Shown here in pieces: positions 23,197 to 35,524 of a stretch of DNA of 64,000 bases. The stretch lies in assembly GCA_010405405.1 (NCBI GenBank), contig MU004237.1, forward strand, positions 1,685,345 to 1,749,344, in the 5' to 3' direction. Each line of letters opens with the position of its first letter. Within the stretch, counting starts at the first letter, position 1. Made by a program: the position numbers and the translations under genes. Under the pieces are notes generated by a model. It saw only the letters and a program-made list of their open reading frames with translations. It was not told the DNA's origin and made no database searches. This DNA comes from Microthyrium microscopicum (Eukaryota).

Positions 23197-25962
23197 CTAG
23201 CTCGGTATCTTTTTCTTCTTCACAGCTCGCATGTTCACCAACGTGCCTCCACGTCCATCCGGTCTCCCAATCTCCGTAACCAACAACCTGACAAAATCTC
23301 TATTGATCCAGTAACTAGAATGTGCACCCAGCATGGTCAGGTATTGAATCTCCAGTGGACCACCACCATATTTGAGAAAGTAGTCGATTTGCCCATTATC
23401 GTTGAGTAGATATGCCTTGCGCTCTGCAATTTCTTCCCGAGTGAAGTCATGCGTTTCCATCTCAACGTTTGATGGGAGTCTGTTGAGTATTAGGCTTGGC
23501 TTTGGCATTGCGGCTGTGCTCTGAGCGCGATTGAACATTGGGAACCATGATGCGGCACTACTCGGTACAAATGCTGGTTTTAGCGCGGCCGCGTAGTCAG
23601 CATCGACAGTAGCGTTGAGACAATATGCGACGGGGTCATAGCCGTTGACCACGTTGTAGACATTGTCAACTGCGAGACAGCCGTAAGTGCCTTGCTGGCC
23701 TGCTACGCCAGGCATGCTGTCGTCGCTGTAGTCAGCGCCGGCTTTGTTGCGGCCTTTGCGAGGGAGAAGACCGGAGCGCTTGAGGAGGAGGAAGAGACCG
23801 GCTGGTGAACCAGCCATGAAGAGATTGTGGACGTCGAAAGCGAAGTGCGTTGCTGGTAGATCTTCAGGAGTGAGTTTAGCGACATCGCGGTCGAATTGTA
23901 GGTGGGTGGGTTGGGCAGAGAGGATATCGATGGCCATAACGGATCCGAGGGAGTGGGCAACAAGATGGACTCGCCCACGTTGCTCGAAGCCGGGGTTGTT
24001 TTGACACCAGAGGTGGTAGATGCGGTTGCATTCTGTAGTTACAGCAGCGACCATTTTGTCATGGTAGCCTGTTGTAAGGTAGTAGGGAATATCGAGCATG
24101 ACATCGGACACAATGTTACGCACAGAGGGAAGAGTTTCTGGTGTTATATCTTTCAAGGAAAATTCGTTTTGAGGAGCTTCATCGTCGTTTCGATAGCCAC
24201 CATCTTCAAAGGAAAGGGTCAAGCGCCAGTTGACGGGCAGCATCATAATGCCACCCATGTTCTCTCGCAGGGACTGCTTCACAAACTCATCGCCAAGTTC
24301 GACGTTTGCCTCTCTTCGAAAGGCATTGATAGCATGGGTAAAGTGGTAGCTCTCCACACGTTCGGAAAGCTTTTGACCGATACCATGAATAACCAAAACT
24401 AGGTCTGTGACTTCAGGTCTATCTGAGAGAGCCAATGCTGGGTCGATGCTATGTCTTCTGTCCGTGGATGCACCTTGCTCAGATGAAGAGGTTCCCTTCA
24501 TGGCCTTTTTAAGTTTTGGTCCCTTTTTGGGTGGATAGAGCTTGGTCCATGTTTTCTCATCGAAACCTCGTACCACGGGTATCCCCACAGGTTTGCCTTT
24601 GCGAATGTGATTTGCAAGAGGTCTTCTACCTTTATATGCTGAAGGTAAGAGACCAGGCCGTAGAATGTATGCATCCTTGGCATTGGCGTATATTACTCCT
24701 GCTGTTCTATACAGTCGCACTGTGCCATCTCTACCCCAGATTGTGGCTCCGGATGCTTTATTGTCATTGCCATTTGGTCCAGTGGAGAGGTCGATTAAAG
24801 CTTCGGCTGTTGTAACGACCTCTTGTCGTTCTTTTTCCGGGTCGTTGGTAGTTGGTTCCAGAACTAGATCGCTCTGTGCTGGCTCCATTACTCTCGAAGT
24901 GCTCGGTCTACTCGGAGCTTTTATCTTCTCGGGCCAGAGTCGATGTGTGATTTTTTCTTCTCCAGCTGCGCCAACTTCTATTGCACTGTTAAGCTCATCT
25001 TTCCAAGTATCTGTCCAAGCTTGCATTTCGATATATCCCATTTCCAGTAAGTTTGCGACCTGAGTTTCCACTGGCATCATCGTTTCAGAGTAAAACCATG
25101 TGGATCGTTGAATGGGGGCAACATCTTTTACTGGACTCCAATATATTGGCACCATTTGAAAATCAGGGAACACCACTGAATGTAATCGAGACACCCCTAC
25201 AGGCACTTTTGAGCAAGATTTCTCCTCTTTGACTTCTGGTATCGGCTCCCTAGTCTTTGATTCATTTCTGGATGGTAATTGCTCCGCGCCAAAAGTGTCT
25301 TCTCCCCAATTATAGCTATCCTTCATCCTTGCCGAGGGTCGAAGAGACTCTGTATGAGATTTGCTGGAAGTTCCCAGAATGTCCTTGCCTTCTGATCGGT
25401 CTGGTGCTCGAACAAAAGGATTTCTAGTCGTGCTGGACTCGCCACCCAAAACACCATCTCCAAGCTCAGCTCCGCGGAGAGAGCCAGATAAGCTTCCGTC
25501 TGTACTTTTCGGGTCTGTATTTTGACGTGCGGCATCACGGATAGGCACACTTCGAGGTCCTATTCGGGGACTACCCGTCGGACTATCAGTACCGTAGCTC
25601 TTTTTCCGTTCTGGTTTGCGTAACGAAGTAAGCACATTGGTGAGCTGGTGAGCTGTTGAACTGGCAGTGCCAGCTCGTGAACGTTGTCTTTCATTATTGC
25701 TTTCTGCTGCTGCCTGGCGCAGTTTCTCGCGCGTTTGGAGCCACGACTTTTCCAGCGCAGAATTATCGAACACCGAGAATGGTCGAGGTGCTTGTCTCAG
25801 GAGCGGTTGTGTGACGGTAGTGGCTGGAGGAAGTGGTGATAAAGGATCGTCAATTGCGAGTAGAGAGGTGTAAAAATAGCGAACATCAATGGGTGGAGGT
25901 GGGTCTGCTATGATTTCGCGGGCGGTGCGAGCGAACGGGTTGATAGGAGAAGAGGAAGACAT
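23197..25962 (-). CDS. DDHD-domain intracellular phospholipase A1 (yeast Ddl1-like)
   Basis: 921-aa ORF with DLVLVIHGIGQK, lipase motif VAHSLG, FMAGSP, NGYDPVAY, IDY and LGAHSSYW. Confidence 0.92.
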   Translation of the reverse strand: MSSSSPINPFARTAREIIADPPPPIDVRYFYTSLLAIDDPLSPLPPATTVTQPLLRQAPRPFSVFDNSALEKSWLQTREKLRQAAAESNNERQRSRAGTASSTAHQLTNVLTSLRKPERKKSYGTDSPTGSPRIGPRSVPIRDAARQNTDPKSTDGSLSGSLRGAELGDGVLGGESSTTRNPFVRAPDRSEGKDILGTSSKSHTESLRPSARMKDSYNWGEDTFGAEQLPSRNESKTREPIPEVKEEKSCSKVPVGVSRLHSVVFPDFQMVPIYWSPVKDVAPIQRSTWFYSETMMPVETQVANLLEMGYIEMQAWTDTWKDELNSAIEVGAAGEEKITHRLWPEKIKAPSRPSTSRVMEPAQSDLVLEPTTNDPEKERQEVVTTAEALIDLSTGPNGNDNKASGATIWGRDGTVRLYRTAGVIYANAKDAYILRPGLLPSAYKGRRPLANHIRKGKPVGIPVVRGFDEKTWTKLYPPKKGPKLKKAMKGTSSSEQGASTDRRHSIDPALALSDRPEVTDLVLVIHGIGQKLSERVESYHFTHAINAFRREANVELGDEFVKQSLRENMGGIMMLPVNWRLTLSFEDGGYRNDDEAPQNEFSLKDITPETLPSVRNIVSDVMLDIPYYLTTGYHDKMVAAVTTECNRIYHLWCQNNPGFEQRGRVHLVAHSLGSVMAIDILSAQPTHLQFDRDVAKLTPEDLPATHFAFDVHNLFMAGSPAGLFLLLKRSGLLPRKGRNKAGADYSDDSMPGVAGQQGTYGCLAVDNVYNVVNGYDPVAYCLNATVDADYAAALKPAFVPSSAASWFPMFNRAQSTAAMPKPSLILNRLPSNVEMETHDFTREEIAERKAYLLNDNGQIDYFLKYGGGPLEIQYLTMLGAHSSYWINRDFVRLLVTEIGRPDGRGGTLVNMRAVKKKKIPS

Positions 25963-26316
25963 CTTTGCAGGAACTTTAGACGATATATATGCCGTCTAAT
26001 GAAAGGACTAGAACATGATTAGATGAGTTTATTTGTTCGTTTTAGAAGGTTGTGGGACGAACCGAACAAAGTTTCTAGCATAGTACCCAGGTATAACGAG
26101 CCCTGAAGAGGAGTCTAGGGTCTAGATCAGAGAAATGAATCAGACGACGCACTAGGACAAGAATAAAGCAGCCAGCGTATCATGCTGCTAGACGAGCAAA
26201 AGATGCCGCGATGCAAGAAGAAAGAAGTTGAACAATGAAGGTTGATGGACAGGCACACCACAAACCGCGCCGCGCGAGGATCTTTAGGATCCCAGATGAC
26301 GTCGACTCTCACAAGC

Positions 26317-26536
26317 CAAGGGGTCGACAAAATCAATGGCGCGCTCCCAGCGAGTGCGATGGCTCCCATGCAAGACGATCTACTATGAGGTGCTTTATTT
26401 GCCATCAAGCGCGTTCAGACATGGACATTTTATTGAATACAATGGGATATATAACCCCTTCTATTTACCTGTTAGTAGTGGTCATGGGAGCCATCGACGC
26501 TAATGGGAGAACGCTAGTTATTTTGTCCACCAGTTG
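26317..26536 (+). mobile_element. MITE family A copy
   Basis: caaggggtcgacaaaatcaatggcgcgctccca...gggagaacgctagttattttgtccaccagttg; flanks only loosely duplicated (acaagc/acaaac). Confidence 0.8.
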
Positions 26537-26660
26537 ACAAACTTCACATATGCAAGCAAGCAACTACATCTCCTCCATCAACACCTATTCTGCTCCAAAA
26601 GATAATAATCACGAGTGTTTCCATTCAGTATAAGCTTCACCGAGTGGACAATCTCACAAA

Positions 26661-27125
26661 ATGGTCAACATGTTCGCGACACGCAGCGAATTTCCCCTCC
26701 TGCCCGCTTTCGCGCTCGAAGCCTTCGCTCAGATCCTGATGGGAACCATTGCCCTCGTTGCCCCTACGTGGACTCTATCAAATATTGCACAAAGTCCGTT
26801 GTTTATATCACCTCTGTCAACATTCCTCCTCCAAGTCGGTGGCACGCTTCTGATAGGGGTGACGGTACCTCTTTTAGAGTCTCTCAGCGCAAATGCCTCT
26901 CCAGCCGAGCGACGGCTGGCATACAATGTACTTGGGGTGCCCGAACTTATCTTGATACCGTTGTGCCTGGGCAAGTGGGTTATCAACAGTGAATCGGGAA
27001 TGGATGAGGGAAAACTACTCCAACTTGCGATACCAATCATTCCATTTTTGGCTTTCAGGATCTGGTGCTTTGGATGGCGACGAGAGTGGTTCGGACAGGA
27101 CACGAAATCGATCAAGAAAGCTTGA
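26661..27125 (+). CDS. Small integral membrane protein (154 aa, about 4 TM)
   Basis: ATG-initiated ORF with four hydrophobic segments and a W/R-rich C-terminus (AFRIWCFGWRREWFG). Confidence 0.75.
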   Translation: MVNMFATRSEFPLLPAFALEAFAQILMGTIALVAPTWTLSNIAQSPLFISPLSTFLLQVGGTLLIGVTVPLLESLSANASPAERRLAYNVLGVPELILIPLCLGKWVINSESGMDEGKLLQLAIPIIPFLAFRIWCFGWRREWFGQDTKSIKKA

Positions 27126-27371
27126 ACTACTGACAACTATGGGCACGATTGTTTACAAGCATTTTTCCGAGTTTTGTTAGCAATTGCAAGGCTGTCTTTT
27201 CTCTCGGATATCCTACAGAACTTCGAAACTACCACTTTGTATTCAATCGTACTCGGCCACCATACCTAGGTTACTATCTATTAATAAAATACCTGTAACC
27301 ATCCAGAGACCTCCATCAAAAGCTGATCATTTGGAGAAAGAACATTGGCATCCGCTTAGCCACTTCATCTC

Positions 27372-28167
27372 CTATTCTTCATCTCCCCACTTGGTTCCCT
27401 ATTTTTGTTAGTCTGAAACTCCGCACATAGGGAAACACTTACATAATGCAATACAAAATCCCACTTCTGAGGCCAGCTGTCTGGACGAACACCAATAGAA
27501 CCTAGAAAACAGTCAGCAAACCATATCTCAGCATACTTAGATAGCTTGTAGCTATCAACTTACCTCCTCTGTTGCCGCACAATCCAGTAATATTTGACAA
27601 AGCCATCCCAACCGCCTGGCAAGGGACAGTCAGATTACCACGTTTTGGTGAGCCTAGCGGATACCAAGTTCTAGTGTACGCTTTCAACTGTCCCTCATCG
27701 CATACTCCAAGAAACTTATCGTCATTTGCTCTACAGGTGTGGTAGTTCTTGGCTAGCTCGTTGATACACTTAGGCAGCGAGTAGAGCATATCGCGCTCTG
27801 GAATGTCATCGTTATTGCAAGTAGGCTGGTATTTGGGCATCGTTTGGGGTTTCTCGGTGTTGTATATAGTGACAGTTTTAGTTACCTGGAAGCGGTTAGT
27901 ATAAGATTGAGATCAAAGCTATGAGGAGAAATCCACCTCTCTGGGTTTGTGCCAAATCGTTCCTTGGTGTCGGGGGTCAGGCGTCGGTGTTGCTCCGATG
28001 GGCACATAGTCAATGAGATGGGCCTTAGAATCTTGTGTTGGTCGAGGTGTATTCATGGGCTTTCTGTTGGCGGATTCTTTGTTTCGAGCAGGAGCTGGTT
28101 CTAGTGTCGTAGTCGCGAACACGCTGGGAATCGACATTAGAATCGATGTTAGAATGATGGCCTTCAT
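27372..28167 (-). CDS. Small secreted Cys-containing protein (effector-like), 4 exons
   Basis: Signal peptide MKAIILTSILMSIPSVFA, Pro/Thr-rich linker, six-Cys domain (TCNNDD...KCINE...TCRA...VCDE...PCQAV...LCG). Introns with ACTAAC/GCTGAC branch sites restore the frame to GTKWGDEE*. Confidence 0.72.
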
Positions 28168-29414
28168 GTTGGTGGTTTGCTGTGAATTGATGAGTCAATA
28201 TTCAAGTTTTAGTGGAGCACGCAAAATGAATAGTAATTCAGGTGATCGAATGGTGCGAAGTTTGCTACTTAAATAATTATTCATGCTTTGGGTCTTGGTA
28301 CGACTACCTCCATCTTTGGTACTTGGTGCTGACTATGGGAAGAAGAGCCACTGGATGACCTGTGGAAAGGCTTAGACGCCAAAGCCAACCTTACTTGTTG
28401 CATTCTGGGATGCAGTTTCTGTAGGATCGTAGGACACTTCTACCGTCAATGGCCTCTTTGGCCCAATCAGCATCCTATAAGTACCTAGGCATCGGGGCCA
28501 TACTCTGGGAGTCTGACCATGTGAAATGTAGACAGATAATAGAGTCTGTTATGGACACTAGGTCTTCGTTGGCCAAACTTTTGTATTGTATACTAGATTT
28601 CACCTCCCAAGCCTAAACACCCCAATAAGCTGACACCAAATTACCTACTTACTAGTAGGTAGGACCGATGCAGGTATCGCACCTCCAAATTGGCGCCCTA
28701 CGTGCATCCCCATTTGCAGAATGTGTAACCATTTCATCGAACGTTGGATTAGTCAAGTAGCAACCCGAGACTGTAATTGATATCATACTCACGTTTGAAT
28801 CTAGATGTCACGTTAGACTTCGATATCCAATAGGGCTCAAGAACAAGTGTGATAGAGGATATATAAAATTAGTGTACCCTCAACAGCTCCATATCTTCCG
28901 TAGGTTTCTTTAGCCAGATTATAGAAGTCTACAGAGCGGTGCCGTTGGCGCTCGTACAAACATCGTCACTGGGTAGATTCAAATCTCTCTCGACAGCCAG
29001 GCTGAGCCAGCAACAACGTGAAGTACCGCCTCGAGGTCGACTATATGACATCTGAAGACTTCAAAGAGGTCCGAGATCCTATAAGACTACCGCATGTTAC
29101 ACACTGATGCTTACCAAGACATCACGGGCAAGAGAAAAAAATTGAGATCACAGCCAAAGCAGACAAAGCTTCTGAGATGCTCCAGTCTCTTTTCGGTGAT
29201 CGGGTCTCCTCCTGAAAGGCTCTCGGAGGAAGGGCCAGATGTGTTTACTGGTATTGTTGATACTTTGGTGACTTTGGCCAACACTATACAGGCCAATCGA
29301 CCCGGTGATATTGGGTCGATGCCTTGGTCTTGTGTGCTTTGATCAAAGACTGTATGAGCGACAGATCAGTTGAGGTTTTCCACCACGAGAAGGCAATCTG
29401 GAATGACTGAGTGC

Positions 29415-29627
29415 CAACGGCACGGCAAAATAAATGGCGTACTCCCATCAAATGTGATGGCGCCCAGAGGCTACGGTATGTTATCGAGTGCTTTATTTGC
29501 CTTAGAGGGCGTTCGGATTGGGAGTATTTGGTAGATACGATAGGAATTAAAGCACCTTTTGGTTAGCAGCGCTGGTGGTAGCCATCAGAGTTGATGGGAG
29601 TGGGCCATTCATTTTGCCATGCCGTTG
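29415..29627 (+). mobile_element. MITE family A copy with perfect 5-bp TSD (agtgc)
   Basis: About 50-bp imperfect TIRs caacggcacggcaaaataaatggc.../...gccattcattttgccatgccgttg; agtgc at 29410-29414 and 29628-29632. Confidence 0.88.
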
Positions 29628-30053
29628 AGTGCTCAACTATTTTCAGAAGAGTCGTTGACTTCACTCAAGCCAGGCGGCCTAAGAGTATCCACATTGCAAG
29701 CAAATTTGGGGTCTTTTACGGAGTAGCACTGCCAAGCTGCATCCTCTTGATACTTTCCCAAGATGCCACGCAATTTACTGACTCCTTGAAGAATCTGGCA
29801 GCAATCTGGGAGTACAGGCAACGCGACACGAACTGACGTTGTTGAATGAGTAAGCTCTTCTAGTGTTCCAGACTACCAGTGTTGTTTATCTGCATGTCAG
29901 AGGACTTGGAAGTTGGAACCTGCAGGAAAAATTGTAGAAAGCTTTACCGTAGCCCGTAGGAAAGTTGGATATCACTATAGCTTTTTCCTTGATAGGCTCA
30001 TGCAAAGTATTTATCTCCTTCCCGTGTCAATCTTGAACTTTTAGTCGACGAAC

Positions 30054-30203
30054 TACCGAAAACTTCTGTTGAAAAGTGACATGCTAGCGTGGTTTTTCTT
30101 GCAGGGGGCGCTGCTTATTTAGGGGATTCCCGCTATTGCTTAGGGACAAAACGTCGCTAGAAAACCACGCTAGCATGTCACTTTTCAACAGAAGTTTTCG
30201 GTA
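30054..30203. mobile_element. MITE family B, copy 2
   Basis: Perfect 43-bp inverted repeat including the terminal TA: taccgaaaacttctgttgaaaagtgacatgctagcgtggtttt (30054-30096) and 30161-30203. Confidence 0.85.
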
Positions 30204-30718
30204 TCGAGGCTGATCTCAAAGGTGTGGTTTTGTTTCGAAAGCGTGCTCAAAAGCAACCTCAAACGACGGCTCTCACGCTAGAGAGCGACGATGCATATTT
30301 TGGACGCCACAACGCCCCCAAACTGTATTTTGACCAAACAAAACTCTCGTGGCGTGCTGATGCTCCTGTCAAGAAGTCGTTTGTGAGCGCGGCGGTTGAC
30401 AGATCGAGTCGGCAAGCACCGCCAGCATTTCTCGGCTCGACGGCCAATTGCTTGGAGAAAGCCTCAAGGCCAAAGGGATCAAAACATTTTCTATTTTCTT
30501 CATTCTCCCACTATTCGACGCTTAACAATCATTACAGCCCTGGATTTCGTCGCCTGCTTATTTGGACACTCGCTTAAGAACAAGAACATGATCCCGCGAA
30601 GAAGATAATACCCAGATTACCAGGACATCGCGATTCAATTCCCGCGCGTCGTTGGAGGGGATGGAAGGTGAAAACAGGGGGATCTGGAGCAACAACAACA
30701 TCGAGGACGACTATTGAC

Positions 30719-32579
30719 ATGTCTACCACCTACCTCCCTTTCTTTCCGCAAGGACATGGTGGTGAGCCTTGTCAAATCGTGAGCGGAATATGCGCGACTC
30801 TTGCGTTTATTGCCGTTGGTCTGCGTTTCTACACAAAATGGAGATATGTAGGGAGGATCAAAATGGACGATTGGCTGATGTTGAGTGCATTGGTACGTAT
30901 TGTTTTTGTCTTTACCAGAACAACTACTAATATGCCCATAGGTATTTCTGCTCGCATACTGCTCTGCCGTTATAGTAGCATCGGTTGCTATCACTCAAAC
31001 ACCAACGCATAGTATTTCTGGAAAGGATTATGCAATATCCATCGACGTATGCCATTCAAGCTTTCACAATACGTCCATAACCAAACACTAACGCGACATT
31101 AGATGCTTAACAGCGCCGAAATATTTTACGTAACTGCTGTTGGGATGCTTAAACTCTCGATTGCAAGATTCTTCCTGGAAATCCTAACTTCTGGCCCATT
31201 ACGACTTGTGGTGTACTATACCGTTGGACCTACGACTCTTTTCGGAGTTGGAATGATCCTCTTCTGCTTATTCCAGTGCGGCTTGCCGACAGATGCCTTA
31301 TCGTTCATAGACAAGCGTTTTCTTCACCCTGAATTATGCGTGTCTGATTCGGCGGCATTGGGTATGACATATACTCATGCCGTCTTAACCATTTTTACCG
31401 ACTGGACATTCCTTATCATGCCGTTTTTCGTACTTCGAGGCACATTAATGCAAAAGAGAGAGAAGTATACATTGGCTGGGATTCTCGCCTTCGCTTCCAT
31501 CTCAGGTATCGCGGCGATCGCCCGCCTGCCATACATCAGGTTATTAGCCGCTCCCAAATATGAGATCTTTGGTAAGTCTAAATTTTCATACTCTCATTGT
31601 TCATTCTTGCTTACTAGTACTAGCAAGCGTCAAAAACATTGCTATTTTCTCTGCCATCGAGCCTGCGGTTGGTGTCATTGCTGGCAGTCTAGTCACTATG
31701 CGCCCACTCTTCCGCATCATGTTTTCAAATACCAGCAGCCGCAAACGAGGAGGCTACGCTGATATCGAAACACCCCGTCTTGCGACCTTTCGTGATCCAG
31801 AGGACCATTTCAACGATCCTATCTTCGACAAACACTATGATGTAATACCCCAACATCGTCCATCTACCGACCCTCCAGAATATGCGCGCTTCTGGGAGAA
31901 AATGTCGCCCAAAAAGTTTCGCGCACCAATGACATTAGGAGTACTGCCATCACCCACAGACACAGTGACGGATAACTCACCACCACAAACCCAAATACTC
32001 GCATCTCGTCTAAAAACTCCGGCTATCTCTCGGCCACAAACTAGTGTTACAAGACCGCAAACGGGCGGTCTTAGGCCCAAAACCGCGGCTAGCAGACCAC
32101 ATACTGCTGCCACCTTTTATATCGAAGCTACCACCAACGACTCGGGCGATATATCCGCCTCAGACTCAATCGGCGCCGCACCATCAGACTGGGCCGCATA
32201 CGTACAACTACAAAAAAATGCCTCCACCAGCACGTGGGACACACCGCCCATGCCGCCAGACGCCATTGCGCAACGAAGTAGCTGGCTATCACGCATAGAC
32301 ATGGGACCTTCCGCCATACCTGCCAGTCAAAGGGGGTCGCGCAATGATCTGGATCCATCGTCTACACGAGCCAGCGAACGGCGGTCGATACGGTCATCTC
32401 GACGGTCTCTTTTCCGACAAACGATATATGATCGACCATTACCGCCATTGCCGCCTATACCGCAGAATGTTTTTCCGGCACCGCGGAAGAGTTATGTGGA
32501 GCCGGGGTTACCTCTCCATTTGTTCGGAGGGGCGGACGAGAGGGAGGTGTCGACGGATGATTCCAGTTCGATACAGTGA
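30719..32579 (+). CDS. PTH11-like (fungal rhodopsin-domain) integral membrane protein without a CFEM domain
   Basis: AVGLRFYTK...MDDWLMLSAL, LKLSIARFFL, FQC, IFTDWTFLIMP, IAAIARL and IEPAVGVIAGSLVTMRPL across four exons; long disordered C-tail. Confidence 0.88.
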
Positions 32580-33374
32580 CGACGGTTAGAGAAAGATGGC
32601 ATGATGAAGATGACAGCAGTTGGTCACGAAAGCAGTTGGTCACGAGGTTATGTTTGGGTTACGGTTTGGGCGTAAATGAATACTGGTTGATATGCTACTT
32701 CTCGATGAATTGTTCGGGAGTGTGGGTAACATGATACCCCTTTTGTTAATTTTGCATGACTAGCTGACATATATGTCAGCAATGTAAATAATATTGTACA
32801 TACACAATTTTGACGATGCCTCGCAAGCCTATAAAGATCTGAATAAAGATACGATCGATCATGTTCTTGTCCAACGCCCAGTATCCGTGATATACCATAA
32901 TTTAGGATATAATTCATAATGGATGCTATTTGCGCGAATCATGGCACTCTCAAGCAGACAAACCCTCGTGTTTGATCATGTCAATTGATAAAGGCTTGAT
33001 CTTAGATGATGACAGCGCCCTTGCTATTCAGCTGTACATCGCCACGCCCCTGAAAATCACTGCTCTCGACATTATCACTCCTTTCGTCACTAGAATCGTT
33101 TCTTATCTTGCAAACATTTTCCTTGTCCCACAAGTTTATAGCTGTGGAGTAACCAGTGAGTCTATATCCATTCGATATAGTATCATTAGGCATATCTTGA
33201 AAGCTGTTGTGCCGGCAACAAAGATAAAGAAGCCCTGATACACTTGCGATTTTTCTACGACTTCTGACGTTGATTGATTGAAAACAGGGTTTACAGATCA
33301 GATTCACGATGTGATAGCTTAGGAGATGCTTTTGGAGGGGCAGCTTCATGCAGTATCGTTTGGCGGTAAATGCT

Positions 33375-33587
33375 CAAGGGGTCGACAAAATAAACGGCGC
33401 GCTCCCAACGAGTGCTATAGCTCCCATACAAGACGATCTGCTATTAAGTGCTTTATTTGCCATAGAGCGCGTTTAGACTTTGATTATTTATCGCATGCGA
33501 TAGGAAATATAACACGTTTAAATTAACATCGTTTATAGGAGCCATCGACGCTGATGGGAGAACGCTAGTTATTTTGTCCATCGGTTG
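33375..33587 (+). mobile_element. MITE family A copy with perfect 5-bp TSD (atgct)
   Basis: caaggggtcgacaaaataaacggcgcgctccca...ttattttgtccatcggttg; atgct at 33370-33374 and 33588-33592. Confidence 0.88.
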
Positions 33588-33955
33588 ATGCTATTGTTGG
33601 TCAGGCTGAGGCTGTGCTGCAGTGCCATCCAAATTCGAACTGATGAAAGCCGTGATTAGGAGTCTGCCTCATATATGCCTCTATCGCTGCCTTTATACTG
33701 ATACATTGGATACGAGTTGAGTTGTTGCGTCCCGCTTACATTCTTCACCATCATCAGTTCAAGAAGTACTTTCGGTATCAAAATCAACAATAGCAAGCAC
33801 CAAATACTGAGCGGACGAGACATTAGAAAAGACGGAACGTTGTAGATGTAATCGAGGCCGGAACTGCTGTTGCTCTGAGCATACCTACGTCAATCAGATC
33901 GTGAGCAGTCTTTGATATTCTGAATTCGCGTGATCACTGCAACTGGATTCGCGAC

Positions 33956-35524
33956 ATGCCTTCCATCATACTTCAAGAACCTCATATTCTGCTAATTCTT
34001 GATCTTCTCGATCGAGCCTCTCTCAACAACTTCAGGCTTTGCTCTAGTCATTGGCGAGCAGCAAGCGATGCGGTCTTCTATCGAGAATTGGCACTGCGGA
34101 ATCAGATTACGTGGGATGAAGACATTGAAGATGGCAATGCTCATATCGCAAGAATTTTGCAACGCCTCTTTGACCCAGATGACAGAATTCGATTCCATGT
34201 CAGGCATCTCCAAATTGGTCCTTTTGAAGGAGGGAAATGGCCGAGAGTCCTTCGGCCCAACGACGTTCTGCAAGTTCTTCAGGCACTCAGCAATTTGACC
34301 GATTTTCAGTGGCATTGTGGCTATAACATGCCATCGGCGATACTTCAAACTGTGCACGACAAGTGGCCACACTGCCGCATCCATATCAAACAGGACTATC
34401 GACTAGAAAAGGCTCTCGACCTAGACTTGCTATCGTCACCGCAACTAGTGACGCTGGTAATTCCACTGTGGGAAGTCAGCGGCCTGGAACCATATCAATC
34501 AGAGTGGCCAGCAATCACCAAACTTGTGAAACGTCAGAAATCACTAAAGTCATTTCAACCATTCGTCGGTCATATACTAAACAAACGCCCCGTGCCGGTT
34601 TGCGAATATCCTTCCGTGGGTCCCGGAAGTCGTCGACGATTGCATCTCGTTCCGGGTACGCGATTACCTGAGCTGGAGGAGCTTTCTTTTCCCGACGAGC
34701 TACGATTTCAAACTTTTCCATGGACATGTGGCGAATCTAACAAAAGATATATCGTGGTCCTTTCTGAATCATTTGGGCGTGGGCGTCTGGTCGGGGCCTT
34801 TGTTCAGAGCAATCACCGGGCTTGTTCCTCAACTGAGATCCCTAACTCTGAATTGTACCCATATACGCTACCATGGCGAGGATGGAGACGCTTTTGAGCC
34901 TTTCCTTCGGTCAGTTAATTTTTTGGAGACGATATCTTTGAGTAGTAGTGATCGATGGTCCGTGGAATCAGCACTCACTGCACTTTTTGAGACTGGGCAT
35001 GGCTCCTACCTGCGCGATTTCACGTTGGATGGTCCGTTGAAGGTAAGCACTTTCTCAACGATCATTGAAGGAGCGCGCAATCTGGAGAACTTTTCCATCA
35101 ACAAACAAGTCAAGGGTGGGGAGGTTGGGGTTAGTGATGTTTTCATAGTACGTGTACACCAAATGAAAAGTCTCAAACCAAAAAGTTGGCCCAGCTAATG
35201 AATTAGAAGCCTCGAGAACAGATTCAACAACTCAAAACCCTTTCCTCACTTCAATTCCTGTCCTTGACATTTACCTTTGCCAGCTATGGCAATAACGAAG
35301 AAGCCCAGACAATTGGCCCGATTGAGGCTCTCAGCGACGCCATATTGGATGTCAAGTCACTGATCAAACAACCAGGAAGTATGTTAGAACTGGCGAAAAT
35401 AAGGTTCTCGTCAAGAGACGCAAAGACCCGTTGGGTGCTCAGAATTTCTCCTGGCACAGATGGAGAGGAGCCATCAGTAAGATGTCGACAAAAAGCCATA
35501 CCCAATCCGCCTATGAGACCTTGA
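33956..35524 (+). pseudogene. F-box-like/leucine-rich-repeat-like gene with an apparent +1 frameshift near 34690
   Basis: N-terminal F-box-like LQEPHILLILDLLDRASLNNFRLCSSHW. Protein-like sequence continues in another frame (PTSYDFKLFHGHVANLTKDISWSFLNHL...LVPQLRSLTL). One later intron at about 35124-35209. Confidence 0.6.

Noticed and set aside
32615..32647. 16-bp tandem duplication agcagttggtcacga
   Set aside because: Only two copies in a 3'UTR; ordinary slippage.
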